Positions 10,520 through 22,942 of a stretch of 64,000 nt of DNA are shown piece after piece (positions within the stretch are counted from its first letter, which is position 1; every line of letters begins with the position of its first letter). This DNA is from an uncultured Gemmatimonadales bacterium (lineage in GTDB: Bacteria > Gemmatimonadota > Gemmatimonadetes > Gemmatimonadales > GWC2-71-9): assembly GCA_963730185.1 (NCBI GenBank), contig CAVSQW010000008.1, positions 562,426 to 626,425 on the forward strand, in the 5' to 3' direction. Position numbers and translations under genes: made by a program. The notes under the pieces were generated by a model that was given only the letters and a program-made list of their open reading frames with translations, did no database searches and had not been told where the DNA came from.

Positions 10520-12264
10520 CGGGCGGGCGCCGCTGGCTGGGGGTGCTGCTGCTGGCGCTGGTGGGCGGGATCGGCTCCGCTCGAGCGCAGCAACCGGCGT
10601 CGCGCACCCGGGGTGGGCGGGCCTTCGAGCTGGAGCGGCGGGGGCAGCACGCCGAGGCGGTGCCGCTCTACCGGGCCATGCTGGCGGACCAGCCGGGCGA
10701 CATTGCCGCGCTGCTGGGTCTGGAACGGAGCCTGGGTGCCCTGAACCGGCTGAGCGAGCTGCTCCCCGACCTCCGCTCGGCGCTGGCCGCGGGCGAGCCC
10801 TCGGCACCGCTCTGCGGGATCGCGGTCCGGGTCTATACCGCGACCCACCAGCCGCCGGACAGCATCCGGGCGGTGGTGGACCGATGGGCCCAGGTCGAGC
10901 CGGGCTCGGAGTCGCCCTATCAGGAATGGGGGGCCGCGGCGCTCGCGACCCGCGACCTGGCGATGGCCAAGGCCGCCTATCTCCTCGGTCGGCAGCGGCT
11001 CGGCGGCGACGTCCTGGCCGGGGAGCTGGCGCAGGTGGCGACCATCGACGGCGATTACGACACCGCCGTCAAGGAATGGATGACCGCGATCGCCACGGTG
11101 CCGGGATACCGGGGCGCGGCGGCCTCGATGCTGGGGCAAATTCCCGCCCCGGCACGGCCGGGGGTGCTCCGGCTGCTGGAGGAGCGGCGGTCCCCGGCCG
11201 GTGAGCGGGTCGGGGCGACCCTGGCCATCCGCTGGGGCGACCCGGTGGGCGGGATCCGCCGGATCGAGCGCGCCCTCCCGATCCTCGGCGACGAGACGGT
11301 CGACGCGCTGCAGGAAGCGCTCGACGAGCTTCGGCTCCAGTCCGGGCCGGACGCGCCGATGGCCCGGGGCATCGCGCTCGAGCTCCTGGGCCAGCAGGTG
11401 CCCCAACAGGCCTCGCGCTACTGGCTGGAAGCCGCCCGGGCCTACGCCGACGCCGGCGACCAGCGGTCGGCCCGCCGGATGCTGGGCCAGCTGGCGGGGA
11501 ATGCCAAAGCGTCGCCGGCCCTCGCGGCCTCGGCGACCTCGACGCTGGTGTCGGTGCTGGTGGGCGAGGGTAAAATGGACGAGGCCAGCCGCCAGTTCGA
11601 GCAGCTGAAGGGGGCGCTGACCGAGGAAGACCGCCAGGCATTGGCGCACAAGCTGAGCGGCGGGTGGATCGACCAGGGCAATCTGGAGCGGGCCGCGGCC
11701 CTGGTCGCGACTGACAGCACGGTCGAAGGGCTCGCCCTCCGGGGCTGGATCCAGCTCTATCTGGGTCACCTGGGATCGGCCTCCGACCTGTTCCGGAGCG
11801 CCGGGCCCTACGCCGGCGAGCGTGCCTCGGCCGTCTCGCGCACCAAGGCGTTGGCCATCCTTCAGGTGATCGACCGGGACAGCCTGCCCGAGCTCGGCCG
11901 GGCGCTGCTGGGCCTGGTCACCCGGGACAGCGCCGGCGCCGCCGACCGGCTGGAAGCCGTGGCGGGCAGCCTGGCGCCCGATCGGGGCGGGGCGGAGGTG
12001 TTGCTCCTGGCGGGGCGGGTGCGGCTCGGGTTAGGAGACGCGCCCCGGGCCGATTCGCTCTTCGCGGCGGTGGCCGCCATGAAGGTGCCCGCCAGCGCCG
12101 CCGAGGCCGAGCTGGAGCGGGCCCGGATCCTGGCGTCGGGCGCGCGGAAGCCCGAGGCCATCGCCCTGCTGGAGCATCTGATCGTGAGCTATCCCGCCAG
12201 CGCGGTGGCCCCGCAGGCCCGCCGCCTCCTCGACCAGGTCCGCGGCGCGGTGCCTCCCTCATGA
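10516..12264 (+). CDS. Exported tetratricopeptide-repeat protein
   Basis: Signal peptide (ARA/Q), helical TPR pattern, C-terminal YP.S..A..AR; ATGA overlaps on both sides. Confidence 0.75.
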   Translation: MTGGRRWLGVLLLALVGGIGSARAQQPASRTRGGRAFELERRGQHAEAVPLYRAMLADQPGDIAALLGLERSLGALNRLSELLPDLRSALAAGEPSAPLCGIAVRVYTATHQPPDSIRAVVDRWAQVEPGSESPYQEWGAAALATRDLAMAKAAYLLGRQRLGGDVLAGELAQVATIDGDYDTAVKEWMTAIATVPGYRGAAASMLGQIPAPARPGVLRLLEERRSPAGERVGATLAIRWGDPVGGIRRIERALPILGDETVDALQEALDELRLQSGPDAPMARGIALELLGQQVPQQASRYWLEAARAYADAGDQRSARRMLGQLAGNAKASPALAASATSTLVSVLVGEGKMDEASRQFEQLKGALTEEDRQALAHKLSGGWIDQGNLERAAALVATDSTVEGLALRGWIQLYLGHLGSASDLFRSAGPYAGERASAVSRTKALAILQVIDRDSLPELGRALLGLVTRDSAGAADRLEAVAGSLAPDRGGAEVLLLAGRVRLGLGDAPRADSLFAAVAAMKVPASAAEAELERARILASGARKPEAIALLEHLIVSYPASAVAPQARRLLDQVRGAVPPS

Positions 12265-13552
12265 AGCGACGAGACTTCGTTCGGCTCTCGAGCGCGACCC
12301 TGGCGGGGCTGTCGCTCCCCCGGGTGGCGATCCGAACCCGCCGCCTGGCGGATTTCTTCCTGGTGCCGATGGACGAGGCCCAGGCCGACCACCTCAAGGC
12401 CTACGGGCTGGCCTATCGGGTGCTGCAGCGGGGCGGCAAGGGCGAGTGGTTCCTCAACTACCGGAGCGGCTCGTTCCTCCTGCCGGGCGACGCCACGACC
12501 GCGCGGGACGCGGCCCTCAGCGGGGTGACGGTGATCCCCACGGACGCCGCCAGCGTCGACGGCGTCCGCGGTCTGATCCGGCAGGGCAACATGGACGCCG
12601 TGCCGCTCGAGAAGGCGCCCAAGGTGGCGGTTTACGCTCCGCCCAACGCGGCGCCCTGGGACGACGCCGTGACCATGGCCCTCCAGTACGCCGGGGTGGA
12701 GTTCGACAAGATCTGGGACGAGGAGGTCTTGACCGAAAAGCTCCGGACCTACGATTGGCTCCACCTGCACCACGAGGACTTCACCGGGCAGTACTCGAAG
12801 TTCTTCCTCAACTACAACGGGGCGCCCTGGTTGGTGGAGATGGTGGACCGGAACGAGCGGATGGCCCGGAAGATGGGCTTTCACGACGTGCCGGCCGAGA
12901 AGCGGGCGGTGGCGCACGGGATCCAGCATTTCGTGGAACGAGGCGGGTTCCTCTTCGCGATGTGTACCGCGACCGAGACGATCGACCTGGCCCTCGCCAG
13001 CGACGGGGTGGACATCGCGGCGAGCTTCGCCGACGGGACCCCGATGGATCCCGACGCCGCCGACCAAGATGCATTGGGATCAGGCCTTCGCCTTCCAGAA
13101 CGCCCGGCTGGAGCAGAGTCCCTCGCTGGCCCTCTTCTCCGACATCGACGGCCACCAGGTCAACTCGCCCGACCGGCGGCAGCCGCTCGGCACCTACACC
13201 CTGTTCAACTTCAGCGCGAAGATCGATCCGGTGCGCGACGATGCTGGTCCAGAACCACCGGCAGGTGATCCCCGACTTCTACGGGCTCACCACCTCCTTC
13301 ATGCGGAACCGGATCAAGCCGGGGGTGATCGTGCTGGGCGACGAGCCGGGCGCGCCCTGGGCCAAGTACCTCCACGGCGAGCGGGGCGAGGGGACCTGGA
13401 CCTTCTTCGGCGGCCACGATCCCGAGGATCCGCAGCATCAGATCGGCGACGCCCCGACGGATCTCTCGCTCCATCCGCATTCGCCGGGCTATCGGCTCAT
13501 TCTCAACAACGTGCTCTTTCCGGCGGCGAAGAAGAAGGAGCTCAAGACCTGA
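12261..13552 (+). CDS. Class-I glutamine-amidotransferase-like exported protein (family often labelled asparagine synthetase B), 2 apparent frameshifts
   Basis: HLKAYG, PWDDAVT.AL.YA, WLHLHHEDFTGQY, GGFLFAMC, GGHDPED, PGYRLILNNVLFPAA spread over three frames (shifts ~13066, ~13233); Tat-like MKRRDFV. Confidence 0.75.
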
Positions 13553-13609
13553 GCAGGGGCGCCTTTTTTCGCCCCGTCTCGCCAGGGGCATCCCGCTATC
13601 TTTCGGCCG

Positions 13610-16148
13610 ATGCCCGCCCCCCCCTCCGAATCGACGCCCACTGATCGGCTTACCCCCGCCGTCCGCGAGCTCCTGGCCCGGGAGATCGCTCGGGCCGGCG
13701 GGCGCGAGGTGTGTTTCGTGGCCACCGTCGACGCGTCCGGCGGGGTGGTCGAGGCTCGGCCGGCGGCCCGGGGCACGCCCGACATGGTGCTGGCCCTGCC
13801 CGGGTTCGCGTCGCGGGGCGAGATGGTGCTGCACAACCATCCCGGCGGCGACCTCGAGCCGTCGTTCGCGGACCTCGACATCGCGGCCCGGCTCCACGAC
13901 GCCGGGATCGGCTTCGGGATCATCGACAACGACGGCGACCGACCTCTACGTGGTGGTGGAGGTGCCGCGGGCTCGGCCGCTGGTCCGGCTCGACCCGTAC
14001 GAGGTGGTCGCCGAGCTGGAGGAGGAGGGCTCGGTGGCCCGGGTCATGGGGAGCTACGAGGACCGGCAGAGCCAGCGTGACATGGCGGCCTACATCGCCG
14101 ACGCCTACAACGACGGCGGGACGGTGCTGCTGGAGGCGGGGACCGGCGTCGGCAAGTCGTTCGCCTATCTCGTGCCGGCCCTGCTCTGGGCCCGAACCAA
14201 CGACGAGCGAACCATCGTCTCGACCAACACGATCAATCTCCAGGAGCAGTTGGTGGGGAAGGACCTGCCGCTGCTCCGCGACGCCCTGGCCACCGATGAG
14301 TGGCAGCCCACCTTCGCGCTGCTGAAGGGGTGGCGGAACTACCTCTGCCTGGCCCGGCTCGAGGTGGCCTCCGCCGGGCAGCAGTCGCTACTGGAGGAGA
14401 GTAAGCTGGCCGAGCTCGAATCGATCGCGGCGTGGGCGGGGAAGACCTCCGACGGTACGTTCGGCGACCTCCCGACCCCGCCCAGCGGCGAGGTCTGGGA
14501 CGAGGTGTCGGCCGAGCCCGATCTCTGTCCCCGGCTCAAGTGTCCCCACTTCGACCGGTGCTTCCTCTTCCGGGCCCGGCGGAAGGCCGCCGAGGCCGAC
14601 GTGGTGGTGGTCAACCACCATCTCTTCGCCGCCGACCTGGCGGTGCGGAAAGCGGCCGACAACTGGGACGAGGCGGCGGTGCTCCCGCCTTACAAGCGGC
14701 TGATCCTCGACGAAGGCCACCACCTCGAAGACGTGGCCGCCGCCCATCTCGGGGCGGCAGCTCTCCAGCAGCGGGGTGCGGCGGCTGCTGGGTCGGATGG
14801 AGCGGAACGGCCGCGGCCTGGTGCCGACCCTGGTCCGGGAGCTGATGCGCGACGGCGACGTCCTGGCGCGGGCCAGCCTGACCCTCGTCCGGGAGCAGCT
14901 GGCGCCCGCGATCGCCGAAGCCCGTCACGCGGGAGAGGCGATGTTCGCCCGGCTCCTGACCCGGGTCTCGAGCGAGCCGGGCGGCGGCCCGCTCCGGCTG
15001 ACCGACGACTTCGGGCAGGATCCGGTCTGGGACGACGGGTTGGGCCGGGAGGTCGACGGCCTGCTCCGGGCGTTCCGGCGGGTGGCCGACGCGGTCGAGA
15101 CGATCGTCGACCGGATGAGTCAGAGCGAGCTGACCGAGCGCCGGATCCAGCTGGCGCAGGAGCTCGCGGGGTACTTCGCCGGCTCGACGCCGGCGCGGAC
15201 GCCATTACCGCGACCCTGCGGCCGGTCGGCGGTGGTGAGCCCGTGGTCCGCTGGATCGAGAAGAAGGGCGCCCGGGGCCAGAACGTGGCCATCGCGGCCG
15301 TCCCGCTCGACCTCGCCCCGATCCTCCGGGAGCTGGTCTTCGACCGGGTCGAGACCGTGGTGCTCACCAGCGCCACCCTCGCGGCGGGCGGTGACTTCCG
15401 CTTTCTCGAATCCCGCCTTGGCCTGGAGCAGTCGCCCAGTCCGGTCACGGTTCGGGAGATTCTGCCTTCGCCCTTCGATTACGCCTCGCAGTGCCTCTTC
15501 GGGATCCCGGCCGACCGCCCGACCCCCGGGAGGACGAGGCCGGCGCACGATGCCGCGGTGGCGGCGACGATCCGCGACCTGGTGACGGCCTCCGACGGCG
15601 GGCTCTTCGCCCTCTTTACCTCGCACGCCGCGCTCCGCCGGGCGGCCGCTCGGCTCCGAAGCGACCTGGGTCCCCGCTGGCCACTCCTGGTGCAGGGCGA
15701 GGGAAGCCGCGAGAGCCTCCTCCGCCGCTTCCGCGAGGCCGGTAACGCAATCCTCCTCGGCACCGATTCCTTCTGGGAAGGGGTGGACGTGCCCGGGCGG
15801 GCGCTCCGCGCGCTGGTCCTCTGCAAATTACCTTTCAAGGTCCCGTCGGAGCCGCTCACCGCCGCCCGGTTGGAGCGGCTGGCCGAGCGGGCGAAGATGG
15901 GTTTTTCGGCTACCTGTTGCCTCACGCCGCGCTCAAGGTGAAGCAGGGGTTCGGGCGGCTGATCCGGAGCCGGCAGGACGTGGGCGTGGTGGTGCTCCTC
16001 GACCGCGCGGGTTCTGGCCCGGCGCTACGGTCCGCTGATCCTGAGCGGCCTGCCGGCGGCGGAGCGAGTCGAGGGCACCTGGGCCGACGTGCGGATCAAG
16101 TGCGAGGATTTCTTCGCCCGGTTCGGGATCGGCGCCGAGATGCCGTGA
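13610..16148 (+). CDS. dinG: DinG/XPD-family Fe-S helicase with N-terminal JAB/RadC-like domain, several apparent frameshifts
   Basis: HNHPGGDLEPS.AD; Q motif RQSQ; EAGTGVGKS; KGWRNYLC; Cys cluster C..C..C; DEGH; LTSATL; FWEGVDVPG; KQGFGRLIR. Confidence 0.85.
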
Positions 16149-16182
16149 CCGGCCGGGCCTAACGACGAACCGTGAGCGCGGC

Positions 16183-16801
16183 GTGACCTCCGACCGTCAA
16201 GATCGTCTGCGTGGGGCACGAACTACCTGGCGCACGCCAAGGAGATGGGTGGTGAGGTGCCGGCCGAGCCTCTGCTGTTCCTCAAGCCGCCCAGCGCGGT
16301 CATCGGCCCGGGCGACCCGATCGTCCTGCCCTGCGCTCTCGACCCACGTCGAGCACGAGGCCGAGATTGGGGTGGTGATCGGGGTTCGGCTCCGGGGCGC
16401 CAGCGAGGCCGAGGCGCTCCGGGGCATCGCGGGCTTCGTGTGTCTCAACGACGTGACCGCGCGGGACTGGCAGCGGCGGGAATCGCAGTGGGCCCGGGCC
16501 AAGGGCTTCGACACCTTCTGCCCGGTCGGTCCCGAGGTGGTGGGCGGCCTCGACTGGCGGACCCTGGAGGTGATCGGACGGGTCAACGGGAAGGTCCGGC
16601 AGCACGGCAAGGCGCACCGAGATGCAGTTCGGCATCCCCTTCGTGCTGGCCCACATCAGTCAGGTGATGACGCTCGAGCCCGGCGATCTGGTCGCCACCG
16701 GGACCCCGGCCGGGGTGGGGCGGCTCGCCCCGGGCGACGTGGTGGAGGTGGAGATTCCGGGCGTGGGGGTGCTCCGGAACCCCGTGGTGGCCGCGACCTG
16801 A
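16183..16801 (+). CDS. Fumarylacetoacetate hydrolase family protein, frameshifted
   Basis: [63 protein letters not shown]. Confidence 0.85.
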
Positions 16802-16864
16802 GGGGTGCGCGGCGAATCCCTACGGGGGTGGCGCCGTCCGCCCGCTTGGAGCTAATTCGGAGGC

Positions 16865-18063
16865 ATGATGCCATTCAGCCATCGCCTGACGAGCCTGCCG
16901 GGCTACCCCATGGCGGAGATTCCGGCCATCAAGCGCCGGCTCCTGGGCGCGGGGGTGGACGTGATCGACGTCGGCGCGGGAGACAACGACACCCCCCCGC
17001 CGGCCCCGGTGGTCGAGGCCATGCGGGAAGCGCTCCTGGACCCCAGAATGAGCAAATACGGGTTCCAGCAGGGGTTGCCGGAGTTCCGGCGGGCGGCGGC
17101 CGACTACCTGGCCCGACGGTTCGGGCAGCGGTTCGACCCGGCGACCGAGATTCTGCCGCTGATCGGGTCCAAGGACGGCCTGGCCCACCTGCCGTTCGCC
17201 TTCGTCGACCCGGGCGACGTGGTGATCGTGCCGGAGCCGGGGTACCAGGCCTATCTCGGCGGGGCCATGCTCGCCGGCGGGACCCCGGAGATCTACCCGC
17301 TCCGCGAGTCGGAGGGCTACCTCCTCGAGCTGGGCACGGTCGCTCCGGCCGTGCTGGCGAGGACCCGGCTGGTCAACGCCAACTATCCCAACAATCCCAC
17401 GGCCGCGGTCGCGGACCTCGCCTACCTGGAGCGTCTGGTGGACGGGTGTCGCCGGGCGGGGGCGGTCCTGGCGTACGACAACGCCTATTGCGACCTGACG
17501 TTCGACGGGTACCGGGCTCCGAGCATCTTCGAGGTCGCCGGGCGCGCGCGACCTGGCCCTCGAGTTCTTCTCGCTCTCCAAGAGCTTCTCGATGACCGGC
17601 TGGCGGCTCGGCTTCGCGGTCGGGGAGCCGGAGCTGATCGGCGCACTCACCCGGATCAAGTCCTACACCGACACCGGACCGTTCCTGGCGGTACAGCGGG
17701 CGGGCGCGGTGGCGCTGGAGCGCGCCGAGGAGCTGGTCGAGCCGATCCGGGCGGAGCTGGAACGCCGCCGTGACGCCGGGCGTCGCGGCCCTCCGCGCCC
17801 GGGGATTGCGTCTCGGGACGCCCCGGGCGGCGATGTACCTCTGGGTCGCGCTGCCCGACGGCGTTCCCTCGGCCGACTTCGGGCGCCACGCCCTCGAGCG
17901 CGAGGGCGTCGTGGTGATGCCGGGTCGGGGGTTCGGCCCGGCGGGTGAAGGGTATTTCCGGATCGCCCTCACCGTGGGGGCGGCACGACTGACGGAGGCC
18001 GCCGATCGGCTGGCCCGGGCCCTCACCACGTTCGACGCCCGGGTTCCCGCCGCTACCACCTGA
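16865..18063 (+). CDS. Class I/II PLP aminotransferase (LL-DAP aminotransferase-like), frameshifted
   Basis: LIGSKDG, NYPNNPT, YDNAY, FSLSKSFSMTGWRLG, PG.GFG..GEGYFRIAL. Confidence 0.85.
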
Positions 18064-18071
18064 CCCGGCCT

Positions 18072-18992
18072 GTGGCTCCTCGTCCCGATTTCCGCTTTCA
18101 GCTCCCACCGGGGCGTCGCTGGCCGTGGTACGCGGTCGCGATCAGCCTGGGGATCCACCTGCTGCTGCTCCTGGTCCGGGTGCATGGCTGGTTGCCGCCG
18201 GTGCCGCAGCCGCTCCCCAATCGAGTGGTGCTGCTCCCCTTGGGCACCGAGGGCCCACGGGCCGCGGACCTGCGGTTTCGGGAGCCCTCGGCGGGCGGCG
18301 GCGCGCCCAAGAGGAAGCCGACCGCGGGCGTGCAGGAGCTGCCCCGTCCCGAGACCGGGCCGGTTCCGAAACCGGAACCGGTCGACACGACCACGAGAGT
18401 GGCGGTCGAGCCCACCCCGGCGCCTGACACGGTCGGCACCGAGCCGGGGCCGCGGAGCGATCGCGCCACGCGGCTCGGCCCGGCCCGGGGGGAAGGCAAA
18501 CTCTGGGTTCGCCCGCTCCCGCTCCCACCCCGCGACTTGGCCCGAGCCGTGGTCCGGACGCACACCGAGCTGGTCGACAGCGCGGTGACGGCCATCGTGC
18601 AGGTGTACATCGACTCGGTGCTCAACGCGGCGCCCGAGAACTCCCCGCCGCCCAGCTGGACCACCCGGGTGGGCGACCAGCAGATCGGGGTCGACTCGCG
18701 CTGGATCTATCTGGGGCCGATCAAGATCCCGACCGCTCTGGTGGCGGCCTTCCTGCCGTTCAATGGCGGGTCTGCCGAGACGTCCGACCTGACCCGGTTC
18801 CACCAGCTTCAGCTGATGCGGGAGGACGTGCAGATCGCCGCCCGCCGAGCCCAGACGATGGAGGACTTCAAGCGCGCCATCCGGGAGCTCCGGGCGCAGC
18901 GCGAGCGGGAACGGGAGTTCGCCAAGAACCAGAAGACGGCCCCGGTCAAGCGGGACTCGCTGCCCCCAACGCCACCCAAGCCCAATCCGTGA
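18072..18992 (+). CDS. Hypothetical membrane-anchored Pro-rich protein
   Basis: TM helix with S..IH motif (AISLGIHLLLL), Pro-rich linker, helical C-terminus; GTGA overlap with next gene. Confidence 0.6.
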   Translation: MAPRPDFRFQLPPGRRWPWYAVAISLGIHLLLLLVRVHGWLPPVPQPLPNRVVLLPLGTEGPRAADLRFREPSAGGGAPKRKPTAGVQELPRPETGPVPKPEPVDTTTRVAVEPTPAPDTVGTEPGPRSDRATRLGPARGEGKLWVRPLPLPPRDLARAVVRTHTELVDSAVTAIVQVYIDSVLNAAPENSPPPSWTTRVGDQQIGVDSRWIYLGPIKIPTALVAAFLPFNGGSAETSDLTRFHQLQLMREDVQIAARRAQTMEDFKRAIRELRAQREREREFAKNQKTAPVKRDSLPPTPPKPNP

Positions 18993-19432
18993 AGCTTCTC
19001 GACTCCCGGGAGACCGTTCTCCTGATCACCGGCACTTCGGAGCGGGCCGGGGCGACCGACCGCCCCCTAGCCCAGAAGCTCCAGCAGGAGATCGACGCCC
19101 GGGGCGAAGGCCACATCTACCGCCGGGCGGTCGTCCTCGGCGACGAGGAGTACCTCGAACGGCCCGCGCTGCACGTGCATCCGACCATCGCCATCGGCGG
19201 GCCGGGCGCCAACGCCGTGAGTCAGCATTTCGTGGGCGAGGTGCCGACCGTCTGGGAGGAGGAGGACCGGTTGGTGGTGCAGGTGGAGGTGGAGGACGAC
19301 CGCCAACGGGCCGCGCTCTGGGGGATGGACGCCGCGGCCACCGCCGACGCGGTCGATGCGTTCGTGAGCCGCGGCTTTCTCGAGCTCCTGCTCGACCGGA
19401 TCTGGCGACTCCGGTCCGAAGTGATCAACTAG
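18989..19432 (+). CDS. Hypothetical protein
   Basis: Normal composition; PTIAIGGPGAN motif; coupled to the upstream gene. Confidence 0.65.
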   Translation: MKLLDSRETVLLITGTSERAGATDRPLAQKLQQEIDARGEGHIYRRAVVLGDEEYLERPALHVHPTIAIGGPGANAVSQHFVGEVPTVWEEEDRLVVQVEVEDDRQRAALWGMDAAATADAVDAFVSRGFLELLLDRIWRLRSEVIN

Positions 19433-19450
19433 CTCGCCGCCCGAGCGAGA

Positions 19451-20984
<1,534 letters not shown>

Positions 20985-21024
20985 TCAGGGCGACCACGGT
21001 CCATCGCGGGTCGTCCTTCGGAAA

Positions 21025-21115
21025 CGGAGTGGGAGGGATTCGAACCCTCGATAGGAGTTTTCACCCCTATAACGGTTTAGCAAACCGCCGCCTTCAGCCA
21101 CTCGGCCACCACTCC
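21025..21115 (-). tRNA. tRNA-Ser(GCT)
   Basis: GGAGTGG/CCACTCC acceptor stem, GCGGT-TTGCTAA-ACCGT anticodon arm, long variable arm, GGTTCGAATCC; CCA not encoded. Confidence 0.96.
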
Positions 21116-21187
21116 GGAGCGGGGGAAATTCGCTGGGTCCGGGGGTCGGCGCAACCCTGAGGCGGCTCGCAATCGGGGGGACCCGGC

Positions 21188-21994
21188 TCAGCCCCGTCCG
21201 GCCGCCCTGCGGCGGATCGCCTCGCCGATCCCGTTGGTGGCGAGCACCGTGGCCACGATCATGAGGCCCGGGTAGAGCGCCAGACGGGGCGCGGTGGACA
21301 GGTTGACCTGAGCCGCCGTCAGCATGTTGCCCCAGCTGGCGTCGGGGGGTTGGATCCCGAGCCCCAGGAACGAGAGGGCCGACTCGACCAGGATCGCCTG
21401 AGCCACCCCCACGGCCGCCGCGACCGACAGGGTCGGCGCCAGATGGGGCAGGAGGTGCCGCCGAAAGAGCCACCGGCGCCCGGCGCCAAGGGCCCGGGCG
21501 GCGCCGGCCCACTCCCGCTCGACCAGGCTCGCCGCCTCGGCCCGAACCAGCCGGGCGATGCCCATCCAGGCCGTGCCGCCGATGCCGACGACCAGCACCA
21601 GCGGCCCGCTTCCGAAGAGGGCCACGATCGCGAGCAGCACGAAGAAGGCCGGCACCGCCAGCGCCGCGTCGACCAAGCGGCTCGCGACCGCCTCGAGCCA
21701 CCCGATCCGGGCGGCCGCGAGGCCACCGATCAGGGTGCCGACCGCGAGCGCCACCACCCCGGCCGCGAGGCCGATGCTCAGCGATTGGCGGCCGCCGTGC
21801 ATCAGGCGGGCGAGCACGTCGCGGCCGCTCTCGTCGGTCCCGAGCGGATGGGCGGCGCCCGGCGCTTCGGCGATCCGGGCGAGATCGAGGGTGTCGGGAT
21901 CGACCCGGTAGAGGAGCGGGCCGGCAAAGGCGAAGGCCGCGATCAGCGTCAGGGCCACCAGCGGCCCCGCGGGCCGGCGACGGTGGCCGGTCAT
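21188..21994 (-). CDS. Peptide/nickel ABC transporter permease (OppC/DppC type)
   Basis: HPLGTDE.GRD, ARALGA EAA-like loop, LSFLGLGIQPP..SWG. Confidence 0.92.
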   Translation of the reverse strand: MTGHRRRPAGPLVALTLIAAFAFAGPLLYRVDPDTLDLARIAEAPGAAHPLGTDESGRDVLARLMHGGRQSLSIGLAAGVVALAVGTLIGGLAAARIGWLEAVASRLVDAALAVPAFFVLLAIVALFGSGPLVLVVGIGGTAWMGIARLVRAEAASLVEREWAGAARALGAGRRWLFRRHLLPHLAPTLSVAAAVGVAQAILVESALSFLGLGIQPPDASWGNMLTAAQVNLSTAPRLALYPGLMIVATVLATNGIGEAIRRRAAGRG

Positions 21995-22938
21995 CGGACC
22001 CTGACCCGGGGGTCGACCCAGACGTAGAGCAGGTCGATCAGCAGGTTGGCGAGCACGACGGCGACCGCCACCACCAGGGTCATCGCCATCACCAGCGGGT
22101 AGTCGCGTCCCAGGGCCGCTTCCACCCCGAGCCGCCCCATCCCGGGCCAGGCGAAGACCGTTTCGGTCACCGCGGCCCCACCGACCAGGAGCGGTACTTG
22201 GAGTCCGACCACCGTGAGGATCGGGAGCAGCGCGTTGCGGAGAACGTGCCGTCGAAACGTCTCCGAACGGGTTATCCCGCGAGCCCGGGCCGGGGTCAGG
22301 TGACTGGCGCAGAGCGCCGTCGCCACGCTCGAGCGGGCGTAGCGGATCAGCTCGGCGGTGATCGGCAGGGCCAGGACCAGCACCGGAAGCACCAGGTGGC
22401 GGGCCAGGTCGAGCATCTGCCCGGTCCCGCCGGGGGTGGTCATGCCCCCGGCGGGCAGGATCCTGGCCCGGGCCGCGAACACCAGAATGGCGACGATCCC
22501 GATCCAGAACGGTGGGACCGCGAGCGCGGTGAAGTTGACCGCGGTGACGACCCGATCGACCGGGCTGCCGGGCCGGCGAGCCAGCCAGCCGCCGAGGGGG
22601 AGGGCGATCAGCGCGGCCAGGCCGAGGGCCAGGCCGGCCAGCAGGACGGTGTTGGGCAGCCGGGCCGCGATCGTGGCCAGGGCCGGGGTCTGATAGAGAA
22701 AGCTCCGGCCCAGGTCGCCGCGAAGGAGCGCCCCGTGCCAGGCGAGGTACTGGCGCCCCACCGACCGGTCCAGGCCAAGGTCGTGCTCGATGGCCCGGCG
22801 TTCGACCGCCGTGAGCTTGGGGTCGGCCAGGACGGCGGGCCCGCCGGGGGCGGTATGGAGCAGGACGAAGGTGGCGCTGGTGACGAGCCAGAGGACCAGG
22901 AGAGCGTGGGCCAGGCGCCGGACCAGGAAGCGGGCCAT
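21991..22938 (-). CDS. Peptide/nickel ABC transporter permease (OppB/DppB type)
   Basis: GDLGRS, ARARG, RHVLRNALLP, TETVFAWPGMG, RDYP, DPR. Confidence 0.92.
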   Translation of the reverse strand: MARFLVRRLAHALLVLWLVTSATFVLLHTAPGGPAVLADPKLTAVERRAIEHDLGLDRSVGRQYLAWHGALLRGDLGRSFLYQTPALATIAARLPNTVLLAGLALGLAALIALPLGGWLARRPGSPVDRVVTAVNFTALAVPPFWIGIVAILVFAARARILPAGGMTTPGGTGQMLDLARHLVLPVLVLALPITAELIRYARSSVATALCASHLTPARARGITRSETFRRHVLRNALLPILTVVGLQVPLLVGGAAVTETVFAWPGMGRLGVEAALGRDYPLVMAMTLVVAVAVVLANLLIDLLYVWVDPRVRVR

Positions 22939-22942
22939 CGGC

